From Flaccisagitta enflata (taxonomy: Eukaryota), in assembly GCA_965153355.1 (NCBI GenBank), contig OZ231126.1:4030001-4094000 (forward strand): a stretch of 64,000 nt of DNA. Reading direction: 5' to 3'. The position numbers were made by a program, and so were the translations under genes. This document shows positions 52,070 to 64,000 of the stretch, piece by piece. The stretch's first letter is position 1; every line of letters begins with the position of its first letter. The notes below the pieces were generated by a model, which did no database searches, was not told where the DNA came from, and was given only the letters and a program-made list of their open reading frames with translations.

Positions 52070-52167
52070 GTCAAGGTGCGTCTGGGACCGTTTTTACGGC
52101 GATCGAAACCGCGACTGGACTCGAAGTCGCCATCAAGCAAATGAACTTGGCTCAACAACCGAAAAAG
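52070..52167 (+). CDS. Pak: PAK coding exon 8 (Gly loop, VAIK)
   Basis: [33 protein letters not shown]. Confidence 0.97.
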
Positions 52168-52560
52168 GTAAGACGTTTTTCTGGGTCGTGGACGCGGGGG
52201 GGGGGCGCTGGGTGGAGGACGAAATGGCTCTCGTTTGCACTGAATGCGTGACTGCTCCTTAAGATGGAGTTTTACGAACCAGCCCGATCGGGCAACAAGT
52301 CAAGATGCGTCATCGCATACACGCTCTTGGCTGAGTAACAACGGGTTATTTTTTTCTCAGGCTCAATGTTGTTATTTGAAAGACTATGAGGCTCAAACCG
52401 TTGCTAAACTGTTGTTATTTTTTCTCATCAATCTTCTAATATAACGATTGATTAGGATGTCTTTACCATCATTCCTTCCGCTGCTTTCTCTGGAATGAAA
52501 GGGATCTAGGGTGGGAATGAGAACAACCATTCAAAATCAGGAACAAAATATTGCTATAAC

Positions 52561-53735
52561 CAGTGTGGCAGAAACAGGGGCACACTTGGCACATTGTGCC
52601 TCGGAACTATAGCACGAAAGTCGGACTTAAAGATTTGATAATGGAAAAAATTGGGGAAAAGAAGAAAAAAGTAGGCGGAAAATGGAAAAATCAGAAGGAT
52701 AAATAGGGTACAGTTAAAAACCTTCCTAACGAAGCCCAAGGGAACCTGATATTTTTTCGTTACAGGCGAATTTCGCTGTAGCCATAAAGAAACAATTGCT
52801 AGAACTATAGTAGCATAAACAACCATCAGAATTGTTTTGTCCATTTAGAACAACAAGCTAAGAGTGACGCGGTAGGAAATAACATCTCATCACACGCACG
52901 TACGCACGCACGCACACATGCATGCACACACACATGCGCGCACGCACACACGCGCGCACGCACATGCACGCGCAGGCTCACGCACACGCACACACACTCT
53001 AACAGACGTACTTCTTCCTTCTCTCTACTCTCTAGGATCATTTTCTTTCTCTTTCTTCTTTTTCAACCTTTCTCTCTCTTCCCTCTTTCTTTCTTCCTTT
53101 CTTTCTTTCTTTCTATCTCTGTTTCTTTCTTTCTTTCTTTCTTTCTTTCTCTCTTGCTTTCTTGCTTTCTTGCTTTCTTGCTTTCTTGCTTTCTTTATTT
53201 CTTTCTTTCCCTCTTACTTTTTAGGTGCGACAAAGCACCTCTATAACTGGCTCTGTCCGTCGGTTGGTCCGTCTGTAACGCATTCGTTCGACAATCAACA
53301 CGTCGCACCTTATTGGCCTACTTGGCCTTGTTTTCTTTTTCTTTCTCTCCATGAAGAATTTCGTTACGTGTCACTCAGAAATACCATTTTCAAGGGAAAA
53401 GACTTTGTTACAGGCGATTTTTCGTTAGTTACAGTTCGTTTTAGGCGATTTTCTTTAACAAAGAATCTAAAGGAAGAATGACGGGGCTTTCACAAATATT
53501 CGTTAGGGGCGGAATTTCGTAAGAAGCGTGTTCGTTAGAACGATTTTCTTCTGTATTAGTTTTGATCACTTTTACTTTTGTTGTATGAACTCTTAGTTTC
53601 CATGAATTGAAAAGAAAAATTAAAAAAACTAGTAGTTTTATGCAATATTTTCATAATAATGGTTGATCTTTAAAAGTCGGACTTATAGCGCTGTGAAACT
53701 TGTGCCTTGGACCTATAGAATTTTCTGCCACCCTG
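52561..53735. mobile_element. hAT-type MITE containing a nested TA-flanked MITE (~52709-53556) and a HINE
   Basis: TIR CAG(T/G)GTGGCAGAAA; 8-bp TSD GCTATAAC at 52553-60 and 53736-43. Confidence 0.85.
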
Positions 53736-54391
53736 GCTATAACTAAAATACTGTTGAAAAAGCCACCTCTTCTATGAAACAACCGCATGTTACAATTGAA
53801 TGCAACGGAAATTTTAGCAAATCTAATTTTCTGAGGCTGACGATGTTGCTAGAAATGTTCTTATTTTTTTGACATTTTGAGCCTCAACGTTGTTATAAAG
53901 AAGGTTGTTACTCAGTCAAGTGCGTGTAATCGTAGATGAGATCATGAGAATAATGGACGGATGGATCAATAGCGTCACACTCTTTTAGTACTCTTTTAGT
54001 AATGCGAAAACCGGATAACGCAACTGAAATAGGAAACCGCTTATAACCTACGTCTGCCAAAATCTATGTAATATGTAATCATTAATTATCAATCATTGAT
54101 ATTATAGTGTAGGCGAAGCGATTTATCGTAGAATCAAGGCGATGATGTAGACATTCTTTTCCGTTATCACTATACCCAAAATCTATGTAATATGATAGGT
54201 GGAACAATATCCCTCACTATACCCAAACTAAAAATATGGAAGAGGGCCTTGTGTAATCATTAATTATCAGTTATTGATATTAAAGTGTAGGCGAAGCGAT
54301 TTATCGCAGAATCAAGGCGATGATGTAGACATTCTTTTCCGTTATTGATATTACGTGAGAGTCAATTATCGTTCCCCATCTGCTTGTTCAG

Positions 54392-54481
54392 GAATTGATT
54401 ATCAATGAGATTTTGGTGATGCGAGAGAACAAAAACGCGAACATCGTCAATTACCTCGACTCGTATCTCGTCGCTGACGAC
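54392..54481 (+). CDS. Pak: PAK coding exon 9
   Basis: [30 protein letters not shown]. Confidence 0.97.
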
Positions 54482-55370
54482 GTAAGTAGGAGAGTGAGCG
54501 AAGTGAGTGAGCGAATTGATACTGATACCATACTCAATTTTATTCACACTTGGTTTTGTAATTATGGAACTTTGGCCATACCTGCTCCCATCTTCGGGCA
54601 AATGGCTGCTCTTTCCTTCTCATCGAGCAGAATAAATGGTCCTCATTGAAACTGAAAGTATTTCAATTAACTTGTATTGTTGACCTTCACCCTTTACACG
54701 AAAATTAAAAGGCGTTCGTTGTTTCACATTCTCACCTTCTTCTGCCCTTTAAGTATGTATTTTTAACAATGTTTGATGATGTTAATGACTGATGAATTGG
54801 CCTCGAGTTTGCTCTATAATCCAGTCTTTGACCTCGACAGAATAACAAAAATGTATCAAACCATTGAAGACTTTTTGGTTTTTTTTTTTTTTAAAGAGAA
54901 ATTTCCTCTCGTGTACCAGATCGCAGATTTTGGTTGAAAGAATGTAATCGGTTCCCTCCCTCCCTCCACTGAACTTTCTGATATATCCTGCTGCCCAGTG
55001 ATTTTTTTATGTGGGAGATCTATCTGATGAGATATACAACTAGTGGCATTCGCCATATGGTGTTCCACGAAAACTTGATTTGGCATGAAAAAGAAAAGCG
55101 ATGATTCATAAAACATTTCTAATAATAATGACCGGACAAATCAGTGTCGTAGATAATGGCCGCCTGTGGGCGGCCTAACTACCACCTGTTAGCGACCTCA
55201 CTGCCGCCTATGGGCGGCCTCACTGCCGCCTATGGGCGGTCCCACTGCCGCGCCTATGGGCGGTCTACTACGCGGGCGTTCTGCCTGGGGCCGTCCCTGC
55301 CGCCTGCGGGCGGTCCTACTGCCGCCTGTGGGCAGTCCCACTGCCGCCTGTGGGCGGTCCCACAATAAGG

Positions 55371-56158
55371 CATACATCAGGGAATTCTGGGCTGTGTGAC
55401 ATACATCAGAAAAAACTGGGTGGTTTGACATACATCAAAGAATTCTGGGCTGTGTGACATATATCGGAGAAAACTGGGTGGTGTGAGATACATTAAAGAA
55501 TTCTGGGCTGTGTGACATAAATTGGTGAAAACTGGGTGGTGTGACATACATCAGAGAATTCTTGGCTGTGTGACATACATTGGAGAAAACTAGGTGGTGT
55601 GACATACATCAGAGAATTCTGGGCTGTGTGACATATATCAAAGAAAACTGGGTAGTGTGACATACATCGAAGGACTCTGGGTTGTGGGACGTACATCGGA
55701 GAAAACTGGGTGGTGTTACATACATCCAAGAATTCTGGGCTGTGTGACATACATCAGAGAAGATTAGGTGGTGTGACAGACATCAGAGAATTCTGGGCTG
55801 TGTGACATATATTGAAGAAAACTGGGTGGTGTGACATACATCAGAGAATTCTGGGCTGTGTGACATACTTGGAGAAAACTAGGTGGTGTGACATACATCA
55901 GAGAATACTGGACTGTGACATCGCAGAAAACTGGGTGGTGTGACATACATTGGAGAATACTGGGCTGTGTGACAAACATCGCAGAAAACTAGGTGGTGTG
56001 ACATACCTCGGAGAATTCTGGGCTGTGTGACATACATTGGAGAAAACTGGGTAGTGTGACAAACATCAGAGAATTCTTTACTGTGTGACATACATTGGAG
56101 AAAACTGGGTGGTGTGACATACATCTGAAAATTCTGGGCTGTGTGACATACATTGGAA
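55371..56158. repeat. 29-bp tandem array, left part (two interspersed variants)
   Basis: Units TGTGACATACATCGGAGAATTCTGGGCTG and TGTGACATACATTGGAGAAAACTGGGTGG. Preceded by a 22-bp GC-rich array (CACTGCCGCCTGTGGGCGGTCC) at ~55158-55363. Confidence 0.95.
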
Positions 56159-59100
56159 TAATAATTTCTTTCTGGAAATTCTTTTCCTTCGCCGTGTCCG
56201 TATATGATATTTGGAGGAATTCCTACAATTCCGAGAGAGGTAGTAGCTCTGATGCCAGAGACTAAAAAAGACTTTTGTTTCTGGCCGATATGCCGGCTCC
56301 GCTGGTCTCTATCTTCATTCTGAATGTCACAGAGTCAAGGAAGCGGATATGAAGGACGGCAATGAAGGGCGAAGACCGTCCCCGCGTTGGACCAATCGCC
56401 CGCTAGGAGCACTTTGACGACGAAAGCACCCTGAGCGAAGACGTCGAAGGCGGAACTGGCACGCGTCGATCTGGAAGGGCATGAAGCCAGACACCAGGAA
56501 CGACGCACTAAAGAGGCTCGAGAGCCTCGCTTCTTCAATGCGAGAACGAGGCGTCCTCGATGCAAAACTGCTTTCGTGACCGACGCTAAAATCTTTACGA
56601 AGACGAAACAGTACCCCACGATAAACGGACAACCTAAAAAGTCCGCTAAAATCGACGCCATCGATGGAAGGCGTCCTACCACGACAGGGCTGCCAAGGAG
56701 ACTCTCTGGTTGCAAAATATTGGAGTGGGAGTAATAGGAGAATTAATAGGAGTATTAACCGGAGAAGTTATAGGAGTAGATAAACAGCCATAAGAGGGAA
56801 GAGGCGGCAAGCCTAGTCCTCGGCTACCACCCCCCCCTCTTCCCTTCCAAAGGAGAGGGAATAAAAGAGTAACTTCCCCCGAAACCCATCTGACAAAATT
56901 CAATATTTAGTAAAAAAAAAATATTTGATGTAAGCATTCTTATTTGTTATTAAGAATGACCAAATCATGAAGGGATTTGATTAAAGATAATAGCAATAAG
57001 AGGGAAGAGGCGGCAAACCTAGCCCTCGGCTACCACCCCCCCCCTCTTTCCTTCCCTAAGGAGAGGGAATAAAAGAGAAACTTCCCTCGAAAACAATCTG
57101 ACAAAATACAATATTTAGTAAAAGAATATTTGATACAAACATTCTTATCTGTTACTAAGAATGTCCCAACCATGAAGGGATTTGATATGTTTAGAAAAAC
57201 AGAGCAGAGGGTGGAATTGTTACGAGATGAAACATCTCTAACATCGCCATGAAAGTCTGGGAAAGAGATCATGAATGAGGATAAACGGGACAAAGTAACT
57301 TGTCTCCTGAAAAACAATGTTTTAAAGAACATAAATAATATAACATTCGATTTCTGACAGGAGAATGTCCAAAGCCCCCATGACCATCTGTAAACAAGCA
57401 GGCTGAATGGGGCAATACGACCCCCGAATAAAAACAATATTATAAAATAGAATATTCAATAAACATTCTGTATGTACGATAAGCAGAATGTAACCAAGCC
57501 TTGAACTTCTGTAAAAGAGGCTATAAATGAGGCGGAATGGGACATAGAAAAGATGTCCCCCGAACGGAATCCCTATTTCTGAGGAAAACATTAAGTTTTT
57601 AACCATTCTTGCATGAAAAGAAGAATGCCCAACCCTGTCATGAAATTTTGGAAATAATGAGAAATGAATAACAGCCAGTAATAAATGTATAGTACGCTAT
57701 ATCCGGCTAAGTCGGCCACATCCAGATGAGGCCGTGGAAGGGAACCTGTAGGAAACAAATATATGGAAATATTTGAAATTATCATTCTATGACTGAAGAG
57801 GCAAGAATGACAATGACTGGGCTCGACATCTCCATTTCCTGAAATGAAACGATGGATAAGATGAGCTGACAGTGCAGGTATGTTATACAACATAAGACCT
57901 CGAATCTGCACTTCCACAGTAATGAACGAGGGCAGATTTGATCCTGAGGGCATAGATAACTATAAATATAATGCCGAAAAGAACCCAATAATTTATATCG
58001 AAATAAAAGGGGATACAAAAAAAAGAAGCAGGGAGGCCACTGATTCTGTATGCCTGATGGCAACCAGCCACGTAACTCCCAAAAAATTATTTCAATAATT
58101 AAGGGATATGATAATAGCAGAGAATCTTCCGCTTAGCAATAAGGGCAGATTATATCTTGAAGGCCTGAGCAAAAATAAAAATGCCAGCCGCGTGCATGTT
58201 GGAAACATGCCACAAAAATCCAGGAACTAACGAGGCCGCGAGGCATGACTGAAAAGCAGAGTTAGAAGGAAGGGGAAATTGGCCCAAAACCCAACAAAAA
58301 AAGGGAGATGGACATGTATAGACATAATAATATTTCTTCTTTGAAATATACCTTCCTTCCCTGGTCATGTTTTCATAGAAAACTAAGGAAGAAAAACTCC
58401 GACCCCATTGAACCCCATGTAAGAGGCGCCTGAAGGACTCAACGTCATACGCTGATCATTTAAGGATAAGCTGCGTTGGAGCAATCGGAACAAACTTGTT
58501 CTTACCAGAAATTTGTTACCATAAGCCAGAGGATTTGAGTCCCAGGGGGAATTGATAGAAGTAACCCGGAGCGATGAGCGGGGACTTCCAAAGGTTGAAC
58601 ATTTGACAAATGTAACCGGACGGGACGGCAGATGTTGATGTCGGGACGAAGGTGACACAACATTCGTACAGAGATGTCCCAGTAATTCCGTAAGATGGGG
58701 GGACACGTCACAGCCCGTTGACATTGAAATGTTCATTGTCCAAATGCTGAGCAGGAAGGGGAGGAAACTCGATACTTTCCACCTTATCGCCAAGGAAAAA
58801 ACTTGACGACGACGATCCAAAGAGTTGCGCGAAGAGGAGGCGGAAGAGGAGGAGGCGGAGGAAGAAGAGACTCGACGAGAATGATTTCTTCGGAACCAAT
58901 ATTTTTTCCCAACTTCTCAACGGAGGTCATAATGGATATCCATTTTGTTTGAGAATTGAAGCCGTTGACCACCGGCGACGTAGTTTTTCCCTGCATCAGC
59001 GAAAACACTGGGGACGACCCCACCACCATGAGAGTGAAAAGAGGCGCAGTAAGATACGGATAATAAGCGTATCTGGCAAAACGACAGTCTGATGTCTCTA

Positions 59101-61496
59101 ACAGAATTGTTAAGCACAGTTCATTGAAACGGGGATGCAATCATCTTGAATTTGCCACCCCTCCTCTCCTGTTGCTGCGAAATTTTCCGCGTAACACCCA
59201 CTTCTTGTAGCGAGGGAAGAAGAGGACGAAGCTGCACAAGAAAATCAAGGTAGAGTAAGACCTAGATCTTCACCATCACCACGCTGTCTAGCCAAAGACT
59301 ACTGCTTAGTAGTCGACACGGCCCACGCCATAATTTGATGAAATTGCAAATTTGTTTAACTTAGACCCGCAGATTATCTAGAAGAAAGCTGACGAATAGA
59401 GGCGATTCTTGAAGCGTTCATACTGTTGCTGCAATTTAGCAGCAGCAGCAGGCCTGGTGCAACATCCTGGTCCGTGGAAAAAAGCGTGGAAGAGATACTC
59501 AAGGGACTCTCTGAGGGCAAGTATGATGCGGGAAATCCAGTCCTTAGTTTACGAAGATGTAAACTAGATGATTTCTTCTAAACCTTATGTAGGCGCCACA
59601 CTTTACTTTTTGCAGTGTGAAATGCTGAAATGCAGAAGTCAATTGCATCATACTTCATGGACCAACACCGCACCACGGATTGTCGGCGGTCCAAGTGCTA
59701 GCTTGCTGGATTGCTTGCCTGCTTGCTTGAGAAAGGCGCCAAATGAATTAGAAGGCGCTTCCCAAAAAGAACTCCGCATTCATTTGATGGGATAAGATGA
59801 GATGGAATTTCGCCCAAAATGTCCTATCTGAGATATGCGTCAGACTCATCAAACTTCTGTTTGTCGTGTGACAGACTCCCATCAACGTCCTTATTATCTG
59901 GAATTAGACAGATAACGCCTTGCCATGAGAATTCTTCACGAGAATTTCCATGACTGCACATGACCTGCAGCTTACGGATACAGGGCGACCGATAGCTAAA
60001 GGATACCGGGCGGGGCCGACAGCTCAAGGATGCCGGCCAGTCAGTATATCAAGTATACCGATGATCAGTACATCAAGAGTACTGATAGCATGTGCCTCAC
60101 GTGTCCAAAACCATCCTGAGTGGTCCCGAGCCAAAGGCATGGTTTTTACTCGCACCTCTCCTCGCATGGTAGAACCCGCTGGTGGGTGCGAGGGCGGAGG
60201 AGGAGGGGGCGGTTCATTGATGCAGCCCCCCTCCTGTGAGGGCATGGGAGGAGTGCGACCGAACTACTTACGACGTCGGACTGCGAGCGGGACGATGGAC
60301 ACGCAAGTGGGCTATCCCGTAGAACAACAGCAGGTTGGATGAAAACAGCAGGGGCAGCAGATGCAGTCGCCGCGGCTCGCAAAGGGAAGACGGGGATCGA
60401 CGTCACATGAAAAGCAAGCGAAAGTAGGGAAAAATGTGATTAACAATAAGCGATATGATGTAGAGACAGACCAAAATTTCAGTCCAAATGGAGGATGAAA
60501 GGGGCGGCCGGCGGGTCTCATATACGGACACGGCGAAGGAAAAGAATTTCCAGAAAGAAATTATTATTCCGTTCGCCTTTTGTCCGTATATGATATTTGG
60601 AAGAAATGCCACCGAACTGAAAGTGTCTGGTGTATCATAAAGCATTAAATCAATTTCACACTTACCCTTGCGCTGATGATCCCGAATTCCAACATAGCGA
60701 ATAGACAAGGACGATGTGCTGCTGTCGCCGTGCTGATGTTGCTGTTGTTCTACTGCAGACGGGGATGCTCTTTTTGGCACCCTCTGCTGCCGCAACTAGG
60801 GATGTATCTTATCAAGCCCTGATGCATCTGGAGATCTGAATGCAGCAATACCCCCACCGCCAATATGGATGGAAGCTGATGCTGCAACTCGTCACGACGG
60901 CTGAGATCACCAGAGGGAGAGCGACGCGGCGAAAAACGTAGCGAAAGCTCTCGGCTTGGAAAACAACCATGATAAGGGGCAGTGCATGCCGCCCATTTAT
61001 GCGCCCGGAGTGAAGCGGTAGAAGAATCAACGCAGATGACTCGACGCGACGATTAACTCCGACCAAAAGGGAAGCCAGTACTGAAAAGAGGCCAGTAAGC
61101 CTTTTCCAGGCCAGTGATATATGATCGGTGAGTTGCCGGTCAAATGCCGGCATCTTAGCTGGGCGCATAAAATCGGTCAAGGGATAAATATCTTGACTGG
61201 TCACGGTTGACGTTGATAGTAGATCAAGCCATGTTGGGTCCAAAAAAGGGCGAGAACGCGAAATTTGGACGTTGGTAGTAGTTGATTAAGCATAGAAATT
61301 TTAAGAAATTTCACAAGATTTCTGATGAGCTGTCTCTCGGACGTGAGTAGAAATCGGAATGAAGATAGAGACCAGCGGAGCCGGCATATCGGCCAGAAAC
61401 AAAAGTCTTTTTTAGTCTCTGGCATCAGAGCTACTACCTCTCTCGGAATTGTAGGAATTCCTCCAAATATCATATACGGACAAAAGGCGAACGGAA
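56155..61496 (-). mobile_element. DIRS1-like tyrosine-recombinase retrotransposon with decayed ORFs
   Basis: 126-bp identical inverted repeats (56195-56320 and 61357-61482) with unequal outer extensions. The internal complementary region 60518-60601 matches both ends joined through GGAA. YR-like C-terminus SRSTRASSAFDVFAQGAFVVKVLLAGDWSNAGTVF lies in ORF 56335..56715 (-). Faint RT-like remnants (KFKM, YAYY, LPFLLS) at ~58740-59155 (-). Confidence 0.85.
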
Positions 61497-62649
61497 AATT
61501 CTGGGCTTTGTGTCATACATTGGAGAACATAGGGTGGTGTGACATACATCGGAGAATTCTAGGCTGTGTGACATACATTGGAGAAAACTGGGTGATGTGA
61601 CAAAAACATCAGAGAATTCTGTACTATGCGACATACATTGGAGAAAACTGGGTCGTGTGACATACATCGGAAAATTCTGGGCTGTGTGACATACATTGGA
61701 GAAAACTGGCTGGTGTGACATACATTGGAAAATTCTAGGCTGTGTGACATACATTGGAGAAAATAGGGTGGTGTGACATACATCGGAGAATTCTAGGCTG
61801 TGTGACATACATTGGAGAAAACTGGCTGACGTGACATACATTGGAGAATTCTGAGTTGTGTGACATACATTGGAGAAAACTGGGTGGTGTGACATATATC
61901 GGAGAAAACTGGGTGGTGTGACATACATCGGAGAATTCTGGGTTGTGTGACATACATTGGAAAAAACTGCGTTGTGTGACATACATCGGAGAATTCTGGG
62001 TGGTGTGACATACATTGGAGAAAACTGGGTGGTGTGACATACATCGGAAAATTCTGGGCTGTGTGACATACATTGGAGAAAACTGGCTGGTGTGACATAC
62101 ATTGGAAAATTCTGGGCTGTGTGACATACATTGGAGAAAATAGGGTGGTGTGACATACATCGGAGAATTCTAGGCTGTGTGACATACATTGGAGAAAACT
62201 GGCTGGTGTGACATACATCGGAGAATTCTGAGTTGTGTGACATACATTGGAGAAAACTGGGTGGTGTGACATATATCGGAGAAAACTGGGTGGTGTGACA
62301 TACATCGGAGAATTCTGGGTTGTGTGACATACATTGGAGAAAACTGCGTTGAGTGACATACATCGGAGAATTCTGGGTGGTGTGACATACATCGGAGAAA
62401 ACTGGGTAGTGTGACATACATCGGAGAATTCTGGGTTGTGTGACATACATTGGAGAATTCTGGGCTGTGTGACATACATCGGAGAATTCTGGGTTGTGTG
62501 ACATACATTGGAGAAAACTGGGTGGTGTGACATACATCGGAAAAAACTGGATGGTGTGACATCGGAAAAAACTGGATGGTGTGACATACATTGGAGAATT
62601 CTGGGTTGTGTGACATACACTGGAGAAAACTGGGTCGCGTGACATACAT
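61493..62649. repeat. 29-bp tandem array, right part
   Basis: Same units and orientation as 55371-56158; resumes in register after the DIRS-like element. Confidence 0.95.
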
Positions 62650-63151
62650 TTTTACATAGGAAAAATCTGGGACGGACGGACGTACACACGGAAAATTTCT
62701 TAATATTTAGTGTTCCACTATCGTGGAACACAATGAGTGAATCAATCCGTGGAAAAAGAAAAAGAAATCTTCATGAGTGATTGCACAGTAAACATAATTC
62801 TATCGCCTTTAGAAAAAGGTTCATTCGATATGTTTGTAACTCTGTCTTTATCTTTATCTTAGTCTTTATCGCGAGGTTTTATCATCACGGAGTTAAATTT
62901 CACGACTTATACTAATTTGTGTCAATTTAACTTTTAAGTTATGGATTGTTTACAAGGACGTTGTTAGTGTCCGTCTGGATCGAGTCATCGTCAACGTAGC
63001 TTTTCGACGGAAACGGCGAGTCTGTTAATACTATAGCCTATAACGCCCTTAAATCAAGGCCCAAGTCATTTCCCATACCGTTCCTATATGATCTGGCGTA
63101 GTAAACATCTTAAGCTTTCCAGTCAGTCCACTTTCCTGACACTCCACCTGA

Positions 63152-63616
<465 letters not shown>

Positions 63617-64000
63617 TGAGTCACTCTTGAAGACAATCAAGACAAAAATGCAATGGGTTTGTAATGGAAAAGCACGTTAATTTTCATCAATCCCTTCATA
63701 TATCCATACACGATGGATTTGGCCTTTGTGCTGCGAATCATGCTGCGAGTGAAACTGTTTCTCTGACTCGTTCATTATTATGCTAACCGAATATTTAGGT
63801 CGAGGGTCCTACCACTGAGAGACTGATAACGCGACGTTCTTAATATAGAATGGAATTCCTTAATTTATCTCCCCTCCCCCTTTCCTCATCCCCCTCGCTG
63901 TTCTTTGCTCCTCCCCCTTTGTTTTCTTCTTTACCTCTTCGATTACGACAATCTTCATCTTCCTCCACTTCCTCTTCATACTTTTCCGTCTCCTCTTCCT

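Larger units (their letters stand above)
55038..62733 (-). mobile_element. DINE-1/Helentron-associated (HINE-like) element with long central tandem repeats, hosting the DIRS-like insertion
   Basis: On the minus strand: 5' stem-loop GTGTTCCACGATAGTGGAACAC (62710-62731), then a (GTCC)n tract, the central arrays, a matching subterminal repeat GTGTTCCACGA at 55060-55070, and a 3' hairpin TGGCGAATGCCA followed by CTAGTT. Confidence 0.8.

Noticed and set aside
54058-54350. A seventh splice-site array before PAK exon 9
   Set aside because: The duplicated block ends ~40 nt before the acceptor and contains no exon sequence.
56155-61496. Cut-and-paste DNA transposon with TIRs and a 4-bp TSD
   Set aside because: Unequal outer extensions, an internal copy of the end-to-end junction that includes GGAA, and a YR-like peptide fit DIRS rather than a DDE transposon.
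61470-62731. Long ORFs of 391 and 312 aa on the minus strand
   Set aside because: They are translations of the 29-bp array (29-aa periodicity, open in several frames), not a plausible protein.

Overview
Repeat-rich genomic DNA from an invertebrate animal (the proteins look arthropod-like; this is inference). Three intron-containing genes were read by hand. (1) V-ATPase V0 subunit a: five coding exons on the minus strand (11037->6272) and an inverted second copy of its 5' part on the plus strand (2091-3048). The two copies form a diverged inverted duplication, 1-~3520 versus ~8840-15194. (2) The last four exons of a myosin XV-like gene (C-terminal FERM domain, 4011-5226, +), lying between the two arms. 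(3) A group I PAK kinase (38795->63615, +, continuing past the window end). Six exon boundaries in two genes are amplified into tandem arrays of extra splice sites. A ~19 kb block (17258-36415) is built of related TGTC/GACA-core satellites and a 27-bp palindromic repeat. One PAK intron holds a DINE-1/Helentron-like element whose 29-bp central array is interrupted by a DIRS-like tyrosine-recombinase retroelement. That retroelement has identical inverted termini, a junction-matching ICR near its 5' end, and decayed ORFs. Many MITEs and HINE-like elements fill the rest. Family assignments rest on recognising motifs by eye; no searches were run.
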